Shown piece after piece: positions 27,230-39,731 of a DNA stretch of 64,000 nt. The DNA comes from Camelus dromedarius (taxonomy: Eukaryota). The position numbers and the translations under genes were made by a program. Location of the stretch: the NCBI RefSeq assembly GCF_036321535.1, contig NC_087436.1, forward strand, positions 78,680,001 to 78,744,000, given 5' to 3'. Each line of letters opens with the position of its first letter. The stretch's first letter is position 1. The notes under the pieces are model-generated. The model was not told the origin of the DNA. It saw nothing but the letters and a program-made list of their open reading frames with translations, and made no database searches.

Positions 27230-27868
27230 TATGATCCAGCAATCCCACCCCTGGGCATATATCCAGAGGAAGCTCTAATTCAAAAAGATACATGCACCCC
27301 AGTGTTCACAGCAGCACTATGTACAATAGCCAAGATACGGAAGCAACCTAAATGTCCATCGACAGATGACTGGATAAAGAAGATGTGGTATATTTATACA
27401 ATGGAATACTATTCAGCCATAAAGAAGAATAAACTAATGCCATTTGCAGCAACATGGATGGGCCTGAAGATCGTCATTCTAAGTGAAGTAAGCCAGAAAG
27501 AAAAAAATACCATATGATATCACTTACTGTGGAACCTAAAAAAAGACCCAAATGACCTTACTTACAAAACAGAAACAGACTCATAAACAAAGAAAAGAAA
27601 CTTATGGTTACCATGAGAGAAAGGAGATGGGAAGGGATAAATTGGGAATTTGAGATTTGTAGATATTAACAACGACATATAAAACAGATAAACAACAAGT
27701 TTATACTGTATAGCACAGGGAACTTTATTCAATATCTTGTAGTAACCTATAATGAAAAAGAATAAGAAAAGGAATATGTGTATGTACATATATATCTGAA
27801 ACATCATGGTGTACACCAGAAATTGGCACAGAGTTGTAAACTGAATATACTTCGATCAAAAAAAAAAC
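27230..27868 (+). mobile_element. Camelid L1 3' fragment (ORF2 C-terminus, 3'UTR and poly(A))
   Basis: ORF 27302-27517 MFTAALCTIAKIRKQPKCPSTDDWIKKMWYIYTMEYYSAIKKN is the L1 ORF2p C-terminus; TSD cagatgatga at 27220 and 27869. Confidence 0.92.
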
Positions 27869-30800
27869 CAGATGATGAAATTAAGAGAGAAACAGTAATC
27901 TTGAAGACAAGAATTAACCCAACAGGCCTAACTTCCAGAACTGCATTACAAACACCACACTTTGCCCTTTTAACCTATTAACTCCATTATTAATCAGCTC
28001 AGACTAGGCCTACTTTCCTTTTTAAATAGATTCTAGGTGAAATTTTAGTGTTGTGGAAATAATTAAGGTTTTGGTCCATTAACAGTTTTATTAACAGGTT
28101 TAAATGGAGGCAGATTCAGACTGTTATGAAGGATATTTTCAACCAAGTAGTGACTTAATTATACCTTCTTGAAAAAGTCTTCTGAGCTGTAGAGCAATTT
28201 CAAAGCCATCTTAGTATATGTGAACCAATTTTTATCACATTAACATTCTGTGCAATAGATATATAAATTTTTGTTTCATTAAGATTTTTGATTTTACTTA
28301 CAGTAGAAGAAAAAAAATTAGAGCCTACCCTTCTATTGTCTTTGGCATTTAGAACAGTCCTTTGCTGTACAAGTGTCCCATATTTAATTTATTTGTCTGT
28401 TAAAAAATACAAATATTAAGAGTAATTGCTTATTTTCTTTGATAAATTTTTTATTTTGAGGCTGATTGGGATTTTAAAGTTCAAACTCAAAACAGCAGCT
28501 CTTCATTGCAGTCCTAGACTGGCGCCTGACCAAATTCTTTTTCATTTTGTTTAGTTCTACTGTTTATGCATCAATATTTCCTATTTATGACTGCAGTAGA
28601 ACATGGCAATCAATGTGTTTTGACTGAAGGCGGGAGAGTGGCTGGTACTAGGTGACCAGAGTCATTCAGCTATTAGCTTCATCCTTACAACTTCTCCAGG
28701 GCAGCAAATAATATTCCTTTTAGGAAATTTGTCTTAGGTCTTCCCCTAACCCCATCCCCACCTCCCCAGGAGAAATAAAAGTGTGGATTCAGGACAAACA
28801 GCATAACTAATTCTGTAAAGGAAATAACGGAGCATGTGATCTTTGATTAGTCCATCAAAAAGATAAAAGATCTTTGCTAACTCATCTTAATAAATGCTAC
28901 ACCTACTCCTCTGTAGAGTGCAAATTATAATCTATACGCCTGCCAACAAGCCGTGACTTATAGGCAGTCCAGGCTGTGTCCTATAGTCGGTCATGTCATC
29001 TAAAGTAACAGCCTGAGGTCTGAGAGGGACAAACCGGGGGAGACAAAAGCATCCACAGTTTAGAGCACGAATCATTAGTAAACTGATTCTTTTTCACTCC
29101 CAGAGTCGATAAATAAATAACTGTTGGTTTACTTCCACTGAACACTAATGTTAATCAGTTTTGTGTCTACCAGATGGCACTAAAAATGATGATTGATAAT
29201 AAATGATAAACACTGCATACTGCAATACCTTAGAGCAAAAGCTAGTAAAAATTTAATTGCTTCTTGGTGGAGCAGGGGAGGACTGGAGAATAAGATGATG
29301 ACGAATGTCATCTGGAAGAGGGGAACTTGTTCTCATTACTGTGTTTTTGGAAATGCTTTTATAATTAGTTAATCATAAGCTTATGATTTATGGATAAATT
29401 TGTGAGCTGGGTAAACTGGCATTTTTTAGGTTTTACACTAAGGACTACTGGAACGTATCAGTTTATCTTAAGAATATAAAGGAAACAAATGTGGCTTCCA
29501 ATATGTTCATTGGCTTCTTTACAACCCAGTGGAGGACAGACAGCCTGTGAACAGCTTTTTCATAAGGGCAGTCTCCTGTGTATCATGATTAAAGATGTAG
29601 CTTTTGCAAAGCACTTAGCTTTGTGCCTGGAATATTAAGTGACTGTCATTAATTATTGTTATTATTGTGCTGCGAGGATGACCCTATGAGTAGGTACCAA
29701 CCTGCAGGCATACGTGGTGTGACTGCAGAGGGGCTGGGAAGGGTCCCTGACCCTGCAAGTCCAGATTCACTCTTGGGGCTTTGTGTTCTATCAAATGCAA
29801 ATAGCTCCTTGGATGCCACTTATGCCTTAGTATGAATAAGTTTATTAGATCTTTTCAAAAGAGTGGTGTCAAGAGTAGGAAAAAAGTGAGTACAGAGCTC
29901 CCGGCAGCCCCAAGGCTGAAGGCAGTGAGGGCAAACCCAACTGACCAGCACTTCCCCTGGTGCCTCCCAGGGAACGTGTTTCTCGCATGCTGAGCTTTCT
30001 GAACCAAGTCAGATTCTGCCTGTGTAGCAAGTTGGACCAATCATCTCCCTTGATTTTCCAAGGAATTCTATAGGTCTTCCCTTTTCCTATAGCAAACATT
30101 AAGAAGGAACATATAAGAGTGAGTAGAAATTTGGGCGGGGTAGTTATAAATAGATAAAATAACAGGCCACCTCTTTGGGGGACAGGTGCCACCAAAGCCA
30201 AATACTCCCTTGGAAATAACATCATCATTATCTTAAAAAAATTTTTTTTATTGAAGTATAGTCAGTTTACTTTTTAAAAAATTTTTTTAATTTATTTTTT
30301 TATTTTTATTTTTATTTATTTATTTTTTAAATCATTATCTCTTACTTGGAGTGAAAGTCTCACTATCCAAAAGAAATTTTCCGGAAAACTACTGTCGAAA
30401 AATTCAGTTGTCGCTGACCCAACTCCACACATGCCAGTGATGATAGTAGCTGGTTGACCCTTTGAAAGACACCAAGGAGTCCTGGCCTGGAGGAAATGGG
30501 CTATAAGGCCAATTTGGAGAAGGACAGAGAGCATGGCTGGTTCCCCCATGCCTGGAGGGAAGCACTCACAGAGCAAAGGGGACAGGATATTAAGTGAGAT
30601 TTCCCTTGGTCCCTAAAGGGAAAGTGGGGAAGTAGGGCTGGACATGAGTCCAAAGGTTTCCTTCTCTTTTTTTTTAACCTACGTTTCCATTTGCCAGCTT
30701 GATATGTGTATAGGCACAGAGGAGAGCATCATCCAAAAGTGAATTCTGACCTTAAGATCTAAACACAAAATCTACACAGATCGATATTTAACACAGAGCC

Positions 30801-31144
30801 TGTGCATTTTTTCATCCTTGCCAGCGAAGGAATAAATAAGGCATTCTTTTTAAGGCAAACATATTGCACAATGTTACATTCTCATGCAGGATTTTATGGG
30901 ACATAAAATATATTATTTCATGCAGCAAATGAAATAAAGTCAAGAATACGCTGAAATGATTAAAGATGGTAAAGAGAAAAGAAAATGTAAGGTAAGCAGG
31001 TGAATGTAAAAGGATGTATGAGAAAAAAGACTCTCGAAACAAAAAACCCACTTCAGCATACTGACATGATGTGATACGAAATTATCAAGTAAGCCCACCA
31101 CACTTTTGATATGCGTTTAGGAGAATTTAAAACAAAAAGAACTA

Positions 31145-31270
<126 letters not shown>

Positions 31271-31302
31271 TTACTATTATGATAGTAAAATCGATAACCC
31301 TC

Positions 31303-31651
31303 TGCAATGGACTGAATGTTGGTGTCCCCTTAAAATTCATATGTTGAAATCCCAACCCCCAATGTGATGGCATTGGGAGGTGGGGTCTTTAAGAGGTGAT
31401 GGGGTCATGAGGGTGGAGCCCCATGAATGGAGTTACTGCCCTTATAAAAGGGACCCCAGAGGCCTCTCTTGTCCTCTTTCTACTATGTGAGGACACAATG
31501 AGAAGATGGCAGTCTAGAACCCAGAAGAGAGAACAGACCATCCTGGTACCCCAATCTTGGACTTCCAGCCTCCAGATGTGAGAAATAAACTTCTGATGTT
31601 TATAAGCCACCCCGTCTATGCTACTTTGTCACAGTGGCCAGAACTAAGACA
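31303..31651 (+). mobile_element. MaLR LTR (MLT1A0/MST-like) filling most of a TMEM150C intron
   Basis: tgcaatggactgaatgttggtgtcccc...gagaaataaacttctgatgtttataagccaccc...aactaagaca. Confidence 0.85.
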
Positions 31652-31704
31652 CCCTCCTAACTTTTCCTGTGAGCCAACAGATCGGAAGACAATTATCAAG
31701 TTAC

Positions 31705-31737
31705 CTTATATATGGCGCATGCTTCACACCAGGTTTC
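31705..31737 (-). CDS. TMEM150C: TMEM150C coding exon 3 (33-nt microexon)
   Basis: KPGVKHAPYIS; acceptor ttattatccag, donor GTAACT. Confidence 0.95.
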
Positions 31738-31865
31738 CTGGATAATAAAAAAACCCAGAAGCTCAGGTTAAAGTATGGTCACTTGTGCATAGTTTAACTT
31801 CACCAGTGGCAAAGTTTTTGTTAAATCTACTGATGATCAAAGAATTACCCAGAGATAAACTTTAC

Positions 31866-31919
31866 CTTTCAGCTGAATTTAATGGGAAAATTTTGTCATC
31901 TTCCACAGCTATAAAGTAT
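31866..31919 (-). CDS. TMEM150C: TMEM150C coding exon 2
   Basis: YFIAVEDDKIFPLNSAER; acceptor ttcttcatag, donor GTAAAG; 54 nt, phases consistent with neighbours. Confidence 0.96.
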
Positions 31920-32638
31920 CTATGAAGAAAAAAATAAAAATTTATAAAACAAAAAATTTTTTTAAAAACCAGAAATCATTTGTTTCCCAGTTTTATTGGA
32001 CTAACCACATTAAATAATATTCATTTTTTTCTAATTGGGAAAACGTTGTTTTACTACAATGCTTTACCTATAGATCACCTAGTTCTCTGAAGCTCAAATG
32101 CCATTATTAATAGTGTTTCTTTAATTTTCAAAACACTCCCCAAATTAATGGCAACCACTATAATCTGGCAACTGGAAAACAAAGAAATAAGACTGTACAG
32201 CTTTGGGCAAACTAAAATTAAGATTCAAAGTTTCTAATTTCTCAGGAATATGAGTCCATATTTCTTAATAAACTGCAAGGAACTAAAATAATTTTCTAGA
32301 ACTAAATAGGACTTGAAATAAGCAATTGTGGGACTTCTAATGTAATAATACCCATTTTATAAATGTACCAGACCCAGTCACACACATCAAAAAAACTCAA
32401 CTATGAACTGGACTGTGAATGGAATCTTTAGCATGTTGGTGTCAAATCAGCAATTCTTGCAAGTAATGAGTCCATATCACCAGTATTCTTCACTATCTGC
32501 TTTGCATAATTTATTCTCACTCTTGCTATTTACTTTGGGTAATAGAAAAGGGAAGAGAAACGGGAACTTTAGCAAGATTGAATTAGTAAACATTATTTTA
32601 AAGTATTTACAAATACATTCTTATGAATATGACATACA

Positions 32639-33081
32639 CAGTCGTCCCTCTGTGTCTGCAGGGGGTTGGTTCCAAGATCAGTTGTGGTTACCAGATTCTG
32701 TGGATACTCAAGTCCCACGTCAACCCTCATCATCTAAGTTTTACGCATCCTCCAATTCAGCCAACTGTGGACCATGTAGTACTGTGGTATTTATTGAAAC
32801 AAAAATCCACGTAAAGTGGACCCTCACAGTACAAACCCATGTTGTTCAGGGGTCAACTGTAACCTATGCACATTCTCCTGTATACTTTCATCTCTACTTG
32901 TAATATCTAATACAATGTAAATAGTTGTAAATACAACATAAATACTACGTAAATAGTTGCCGGTGCCCAGCAAATTCAAGTTTTGCTTTTTGGAACTTTC
33001 TGGAATTTTTTTCCCCAAATATTTTTGATCTGCCGTTGGTTGACTCTGAGACTGTGGAATCTTCAAAAGGGCCAATGGTAC
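32639..33081 (+). mobile_element. TcMar-Tigger MITE (MER2-like) with an internal Tigger2/MER8-like segment
   Basis: cagtcgtccctctgtgtctgcagggggttggttcca start, internal ...gttgttcaggggtcaactg, MER2-type 3' part. Confidence 0.7.
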
Positions 33082-33149
33082 TATCAAAACTTTATAATCT
33101 CATCCACACTGCATCTGGGTCCTCAAATAATTAAATAAGAGAATACTCA

Positions 33150-33290
<141 letters not shown>

Positions 33291-33374
33291 TCAAGATGGA
33301 AAGGAAGTTTACTTTGACCAAAAAAAAAAAAAAAAAGGTGTATTTTATGAAACCATGATTCAAATCACTACCAT

Positions 33375-33393
33375 TACTGCCACCTACAGGCGG
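33375..33393 (-). promoter_or_regulatory. CTCF-binding motif (reverse)
   Basis: Minus strand reads CCGCCTGTAGGTGGCAGTA, matching CC[AT][CG][CT]AG[AG][GT]GGC[AG][CG]TA. Confidence 0.5.
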
Positions 33394-35127
33394 GCAATCC
33401 CTTCAGCAAGTAACACGGAAGACTGTTTTGTAGCATTAGTTTAAATATTCCAGAGTCTTAGTTGAGAGCTGACAGAAAATTTCTCCTAAAGATGTGTATC
33501 CTTAAACAATCGTCACTATATTTAAGAAAAGATAAAAGAGTTTGGGTTTGGACGTCCAGGAGAAAAGCTAGGTACCAAAGGCACAGTCCAACCTGCTTTT
33601 AGTGCTTCATTAACATTTACAGATTTCCGGCTCTATGGGTCTGACGTGTGTACACGTGTCTACAGTGTGGGAGATAAGAGTGTGAGAAATAAATGGTTAC
33701 TAAACAAATCATCAGCACAGGAAGAAATGACAAATGCTTTGCAAATCTGAACTCTTCTCATGACATGTTACTGAGCAGCTATCTGAGAAGACACGCTCTG
33801 GAAACAACGTATGTTGTACAACTTTAAATCCTTGCCAACCAACACAATGGAAAAGAATACGGATGTCAGGCATCTTGGACATTCTATTTTAAAGTAAAAA
33901 TATGTGAATTAAAAATTGTCCACAAAAATGAAGTGAAAACCAGAAGCTTCAGAACTGTCTGTGAAAAATCCTTGGTACAGAACAGAAAGAAGTAACTAAT
34001 TATTGCTTTAAAGCCACCAGACAAAATCTATTTGTGATGGTGGATGCCAGCAATCCTTAGGGCAAAAAAAGCCTGTTCCAAGAAAATAAAGTACCCTAGT
34101 GACCTCCACAGGTGCCTTGATAAACAGAAGGATAATGTGATTAAATGGCACCTCTAAGGAAATATCACTGCTCATTATTTTGGGTTCTACAACTATGAAA
34201 AGTCGCTTACTGGGTTGGAACCTGCGCTCCCACATTTCTGAGCACCTCCACGATATCAGCTTCCGTGTGCTGAGACTCCCTGACCCTTCGGAGTGTTGAG
34301 AACAGAGAGAGAACACAGCCTTTCCTTCTAGGCAGGTAATCTGGGAGGGCTCAGGAAGGTTGTAGTTCCCAGAACTGACCTACCTGAATAGGTAGATCTT
34401 TCAGACCAGGGGACAGACAACTGGACCTAATAGCATGTCTCTGAACAGTAATGCTGTAGACTAAACACCTATCTGGGTAGGAGTGTTAAATAAATTATAG
34501 AATCTATGAGTTGAAAGACATTGGAACCAATTTTAATCAACTTAATCCAATCCAATCCAATTCACAAGTATGGACAACCTACTTGTACCAGGTACTATAC
34601 TGGGTGGTGAAAATACTGAGATCTAATGAATACAACTATTTATAGGTGACAGTCTATGCAATACATAAAAGCTATTATGTGAGCCAGTGGTGCATGGCTA
34701 CCCAGTTTACATAATGTGGGAAATGATGAACATTTTAAGTATACACAAGATAGCTTTTCAGTGTCTATTCATTTATGTCCAGAAAATTGTGGGCTCATAA
34801 TAAGGCTATCAATTATGCTACCAAAAATAATTCTATCAGTAGCCAAGAAGTAGAGGGAGTGTAGAAAATAGGGATGTAAACTGAGCATGTGAACCAGTTG
34901 TTCTGGATCTCCCCCTGAAAGAGGGCGCTCTGACAGCGTGAGTGCAGCTGGAATGGTTCCACTGGAGTAAGAAGTAGGCGATCTGGTGCTCAACCTTCAC
35001 TTTGCCGATGCCTGACTCCATGAGCCTGGGCCAGCTGCAGAAATCCGTACCACTGCTGCCCCATCTTGCTGCATGAAGACTGAATTCCAAGAGAGGGAGA
35101 AGGACCTTAAAGACTGAGGCCTCATAG

Positions 35128-35511
35128 TCTTCTGTTTCTAATTCTTTTAGGTGGTAGGTTAGGTTGTTTGTTTGAGATTTTTCTTGTTTTTTGAGGAAGG
35201 CCTGTTATCTCTATGAACTTCCCTCTTAGGACTGCTTTTGCTGCATCCCATAGATTTTGTCTGTGTGGAACGGATACATTAGGAGTTTGGGATTAGTAGA
35301 TACAGATGTAAAATAGATAAACAACAAGGCACAGGGACCATGTTCAATACCTTGTAAAAACCTATAATGAAATGAATATGTGTATATATATATATATATA
35401 TGTATCTATTGTATGACTGAATCACTATGCTGTACACTAGAAACTAACAACATTGTAATCAACTATACTTCAGTTAAAAAAATAAATATTATGGTAAAAT
35501 TAAAAAAAATG
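35128..35511 (+). mobile_element. 5'-inverted L1 insertion
   Basis: Minus-strand ORF2 piece (about 35130-35260) joined to a plus-strand 3'UTR and poly(A); TSD agactgaggccWcaYag. Confidence 0.8.
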
Positions 35512-36611
35512 AGACTGAGGCCACACAGGACAGTGGTACTTTGGAAATTAGCCCAAGTTTATTATCTTATATTTTCACAGTAACTGGATGCTCCAATGCA
35601 CCCAAAACTATCAGCTGCAGAACTCATGTGTATTAACCATTTTTACAGTAGAGTGGCAAGTAAATTACAATGTCAACTTATTAATTTACAGTGAGAAACA
35701 CAACTGCCAAAAGTACAAATACACACATTGTTTCCCCTTTTAGGAACGTCTATATGGGAAACCAAAATTTGGAAGCAGGAAAGGAGAGCAAAGAGAGTTA
35801 ACAAGATAATTCTAAGACCATGGCATCAAGTGACAATAGCTGTGTGTGCTAATCTCCTTTAAGGGAAGGCAGTATGGCGGAGTGGAAACAGTACGGCCAG
35901 GCACAGGACTGAAGCCCAGTTCTGTCACTCACAGGCTGTGTGATCCCTGGCAAGTTATTTCATCTCTTAAGCCTTAGTTTAATTATGGAGATAACTTCTG
36001 TTTTGTAGGGTTGTGCTGAGAATTAATGATGATGCAGGTAAAGTACCTCACACACGATACATGGTCTGTAAGTGGCGGCTCTGCCAGGTATAACTGCCAA
36101 GCAGATCAATACTCCTGTTAGAACAAGGTACTCGCCCTCCAGGGCAGGGCTCAGGACAGCTTAACACTATCTTCTTCTCTGGGCTCCTGCTTGGAACAAT
36201 GCAGACACCCTTCCTGATAATAACAGTTTCTTTCTTCAGATGACACTCCAAAAAATTAATTAATACCTTTTCCTTACACATATATGCAAGGTCCACATTC
36301 CTAAATTTCCACCCTTTGTTATCTTTAATTATGCATTACTTTTCTGATTTTGTTTTGGAAGCAGCTAGGGTGGCTAATCGCTACTCTCCTAAATTGTTTT
36401 ATTTTTACTAGTTTAATTCTCACAGGGAAATTTTATATCCAAATTATGGGAAAATGATACTGTTTCCCTGCCTAATGATAGATGAAATTTCCCTCTCTTA
36501 ACCCAAAGGGATGCCTTGACAGGTGAAATGAATAATGATATGGATAACTGTATTATTAGCTTTCAGTGGAACTACTTTGGTGCTTCTTCGGGATATTTAC
36601 ATTGGTTATCC

Positions 36612-39255
36612 TTTTTTTTTTTTTTCTTTGAGAAAATTGCAAATTCACATGCAGTTTTAAGAAAGAATACAGAGAGATCCTGTATATCCATCACTCTGTC
36701 CCCCATCCTGTATAACCACAGTACAACATCAACACTAAGATACTGACATTGATACAATCCTTCACTTTCTTCGGATTTCACCGGTTTTATGTGCTCTTCT
36801 TTCTGTGTCTGTGTGTGTGTGTGTGCGCGTGTGCATATTTAGTTTATGCAGTTTTACTACATGTATAGATTTGTGTGGCTACAACCACAGTCAAGGTACA
36901 GAACATTTCCATCACCTCAAAGATTCTTAGTGTCACCCTTTTTATAACCTCACCCACTTCCTTCCTTTCGGCTTTCTGGCTCCCACTAATCTGTTCTCCA
37001 TTTCTATAATTTTATCATTTCAAGAATGTTATACAAATGGAATCATGTAGTTTGTAACCTTTAGGACTGACTTTTTTTCACTCAGCATAATTCCCTGGAG
37101 ATCGTCTAAGGTTTGTGTTGATCAATCATTTATAACCTTTTATTGTTGGGTAGCATTCCACAGTATGGATGTACCAAGTGTGTTAATTTACCCGTTACAA
37201 GATATCTGGTTTGTTTCAAGTTTTTGGCCACTGCAGATAAAGAAGCTATGAACACTAGTGTAAGGTGTTTGTCGGAATATAGGCTTTTATTTTTCTGGAA
37301 TAAATGCCCAAGATTGCAATTGCTGGGTCACACGATAATTGCACGTTTAGCTTTAAAAGAATTGGTCAAACTGTTTTTAGAGCAGCTGTACCACTTTATA
37401 TTCCTACCAGTAATGTAGGGTTGATCTAGTTTCTTCACATCATTATCACTATCATTGATATCACTGTTTGTATTATCATTAAATAAGTGGTATTAATTGG
37501 TGATAATTGGCACTGTCACTATTTTTCATTAGCCATTCTGATAGTCATATAGTGATATCTCATTGTGGTTTTAATTTGCATTTTCCTGATGGCCAGTGAT
37601 CTGAACATCTTCCTATGCACTTATTTGCCATCTGTATGCCCTCTTCAGTGAAATGTCTATACTTATCTTTTACCCATTTTCAACTGAGATTTCTTTTTCT
37701 TTTTTTTATGGTTTGAGAATTCTTCATATATTCTAGATACTAGTCTAGATATGTGGTTTAAAATTTTTTTCTTCAAGTCTGTAGCTTCCCTATCTTCTAA
37801 AATAGGGTCTTTAAAGAATTATTTTAATTTATTTTTGTATATATGTGATAAAATAAACATAACAATTTTTAACAGTTTTTTTCTTACCATTTTATAAGTG
37901 TACAATTCAGTGGTATTAAGTACCTTCATATTGTTGTGCAACCATCACCACTATTCATCTCCAGAACTTTTCCATCATCCCAAACTGAAACTCTAAACCA
38001 ATTAAACAATAACTCTCTATTCCCCCAACCCCAGCTCCTGGTAATCAGCATTCTACTTTATATCTCTATGAATTTGACTACTCTAGGTACCTCTAGCTTA
38101 TTTTATTCAGCATAACGTCCCCAAGATTCATCTGTGATGTGGCATGTATCAGAAATTCATTTCTTTTTAAGGCTGAATGATATATCGTTGTATGTATATA
38201 CCATATTTTGTTTATCTATTCATCTGTCAATGAACACTTGGATTGTTTCCACCTTTTGGCTATTATGAATAATGCTGCTATAAACATGTATATTACATGT
38301 AAACAAATATCTATTCATATTCCTGCTTTCAATTCTTTTGGGTATGCACCAAGGAGTGAAATTGCTGGTACTTGGTGGTCACATGGTAATTCTATGTTTA
38401 ATTTTTTGAGGAACCCCCATGATGGCTGCACCATTTTACATCCTCACCAGCAATACACAAGTTTTCCAATTCCTCCACATACTCACCAATATGTGTTATT
38501 TTCTGTTTTTTTGATAGTAGCTGTCCTGATTCGTGTGAACTGGTATCTCATTATGGGTTTGATCTGCATTTCCCTAATGATTAGTGATGTTGAGTACATT
38601 CTCTTCTGCTTATTGACCAATTGTATATCTTCTTTGGAGAAATGTATATTCTTTTGCACATTTTAAAATTGGGTTGTTTGTTTTTTTATTGTTGACTTGT
38701 AGAAGTTTTGTATATATTCTAAATATTATCCCTTATCAGATATATGATTTACAAAATTTTCTTCCATTATGTGAACTGCCTTTTCACTCATGTCCTTTGA
38801 TGCACAAAGTTTTTAATTTTGATGAAGTCCAATTTAGTTATTTTTTATTGTTGTTGCCTGTGGTTTTTGTGCTCCATCCAAGAAATCACTGTCAATCCCA
38901 ATGTCATGAGGCTTTCCCCATATGTTTTATTCTAAGTGTTTTATAGTTTTAGCTCTTCTTGTTTAGATCTTTGATCCATTTTGAATTTATATATGGTGCA
39001 AGATAACTTCATTTGTTTGCATGTAAATATCCAGAACCATTTGTTTAAAAGACTGTCTTTTCCTCTACCAAATGGTTTTGGTAGAGGTTTTAATTTTGAT
39101 AAGTTCTAACTTACCAAGTTTTCCTTTTGTGGATCGTGATTTTGATGTCAAGCCCAAGAACTCTTTGCCTAGCCCTTAATAGCAAAGATTTTCTCCTGTA
39201 TTTTTTTCTAAAAGATGCACAGTTTTGCATATTACATTTAAATCTGTGATCTGGT
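36612..39255 (-). mobile_element. Nested old L1 (L1M-type) ORF2-3' and 3'UTR fragments
   Basis: Classic antisense L1 text (gtgatatctcattgtggttttaatttgcattttcctgat; ttttaattttgatgaagtccaattt). Confidence 0.85.
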
Positions 39256-39630
39256 TATGTCTTTTAAAACTATAGATCTTTATTGTCTTATTCACTTGGG
39301 TTAGACCCTAGACTGTTTATAAATCACTTTGACAAGGATCACGAAATATGTGATGAGCTGTCTGTCTTCTGACTTAGTAATAAGTAGTAAAGAAGATTCT
39401 TATAATGAAGAACATATATTTCAGTCATAATATATCCTCCCATGCCAGGTTCTTCTGGCAACTGACAAGTATGGACTTAAGAACAGAACAGTGAGGTGTA
39501 TGTGTGTAGATGGGGAATGCTCCCTTATCTCCTTCACTTCCTTATCCACCTTTGAGTTATCATGGAAACCAGAAGATCAAAGTACCGGTTTCTGGTTTTG
39601 TTAACCTACCAATGCTTCGTTTGATGTATC

Positions 39631-39731
39631 TTTTTTTAAAAGAAATTTTTAATGGAGGTACTAGGGATTGAACCAGGGACTTCATGCATGCTAAGCAAAT
39701 ACTCTACCACTTGAACTATCCCCACCCCCCC
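39631..39731 (-). mobile_element. Camelid tRNA-Ala-derived SINE
   Basis: ttttaatggaggtactagggattgaacc...ctctaccacttgaactatccc. Confidence 0.85.

Noticed and set aside
32403..32903. 166-aa plus-strand ORF antisense to TMEM150C
   Set aside because: More than half lies in a Tigger MITE and it has no recognisable domain; likely chance.
34912..34930. CTCF-like ...GAAAGAGGGCGCTC
   Set aside because: The 5' half of the core mismatches the consensus.
38208..38946. 152-aa and 90-aa ORFs
   Set aside because: Antisense translations of old L1 sequence.
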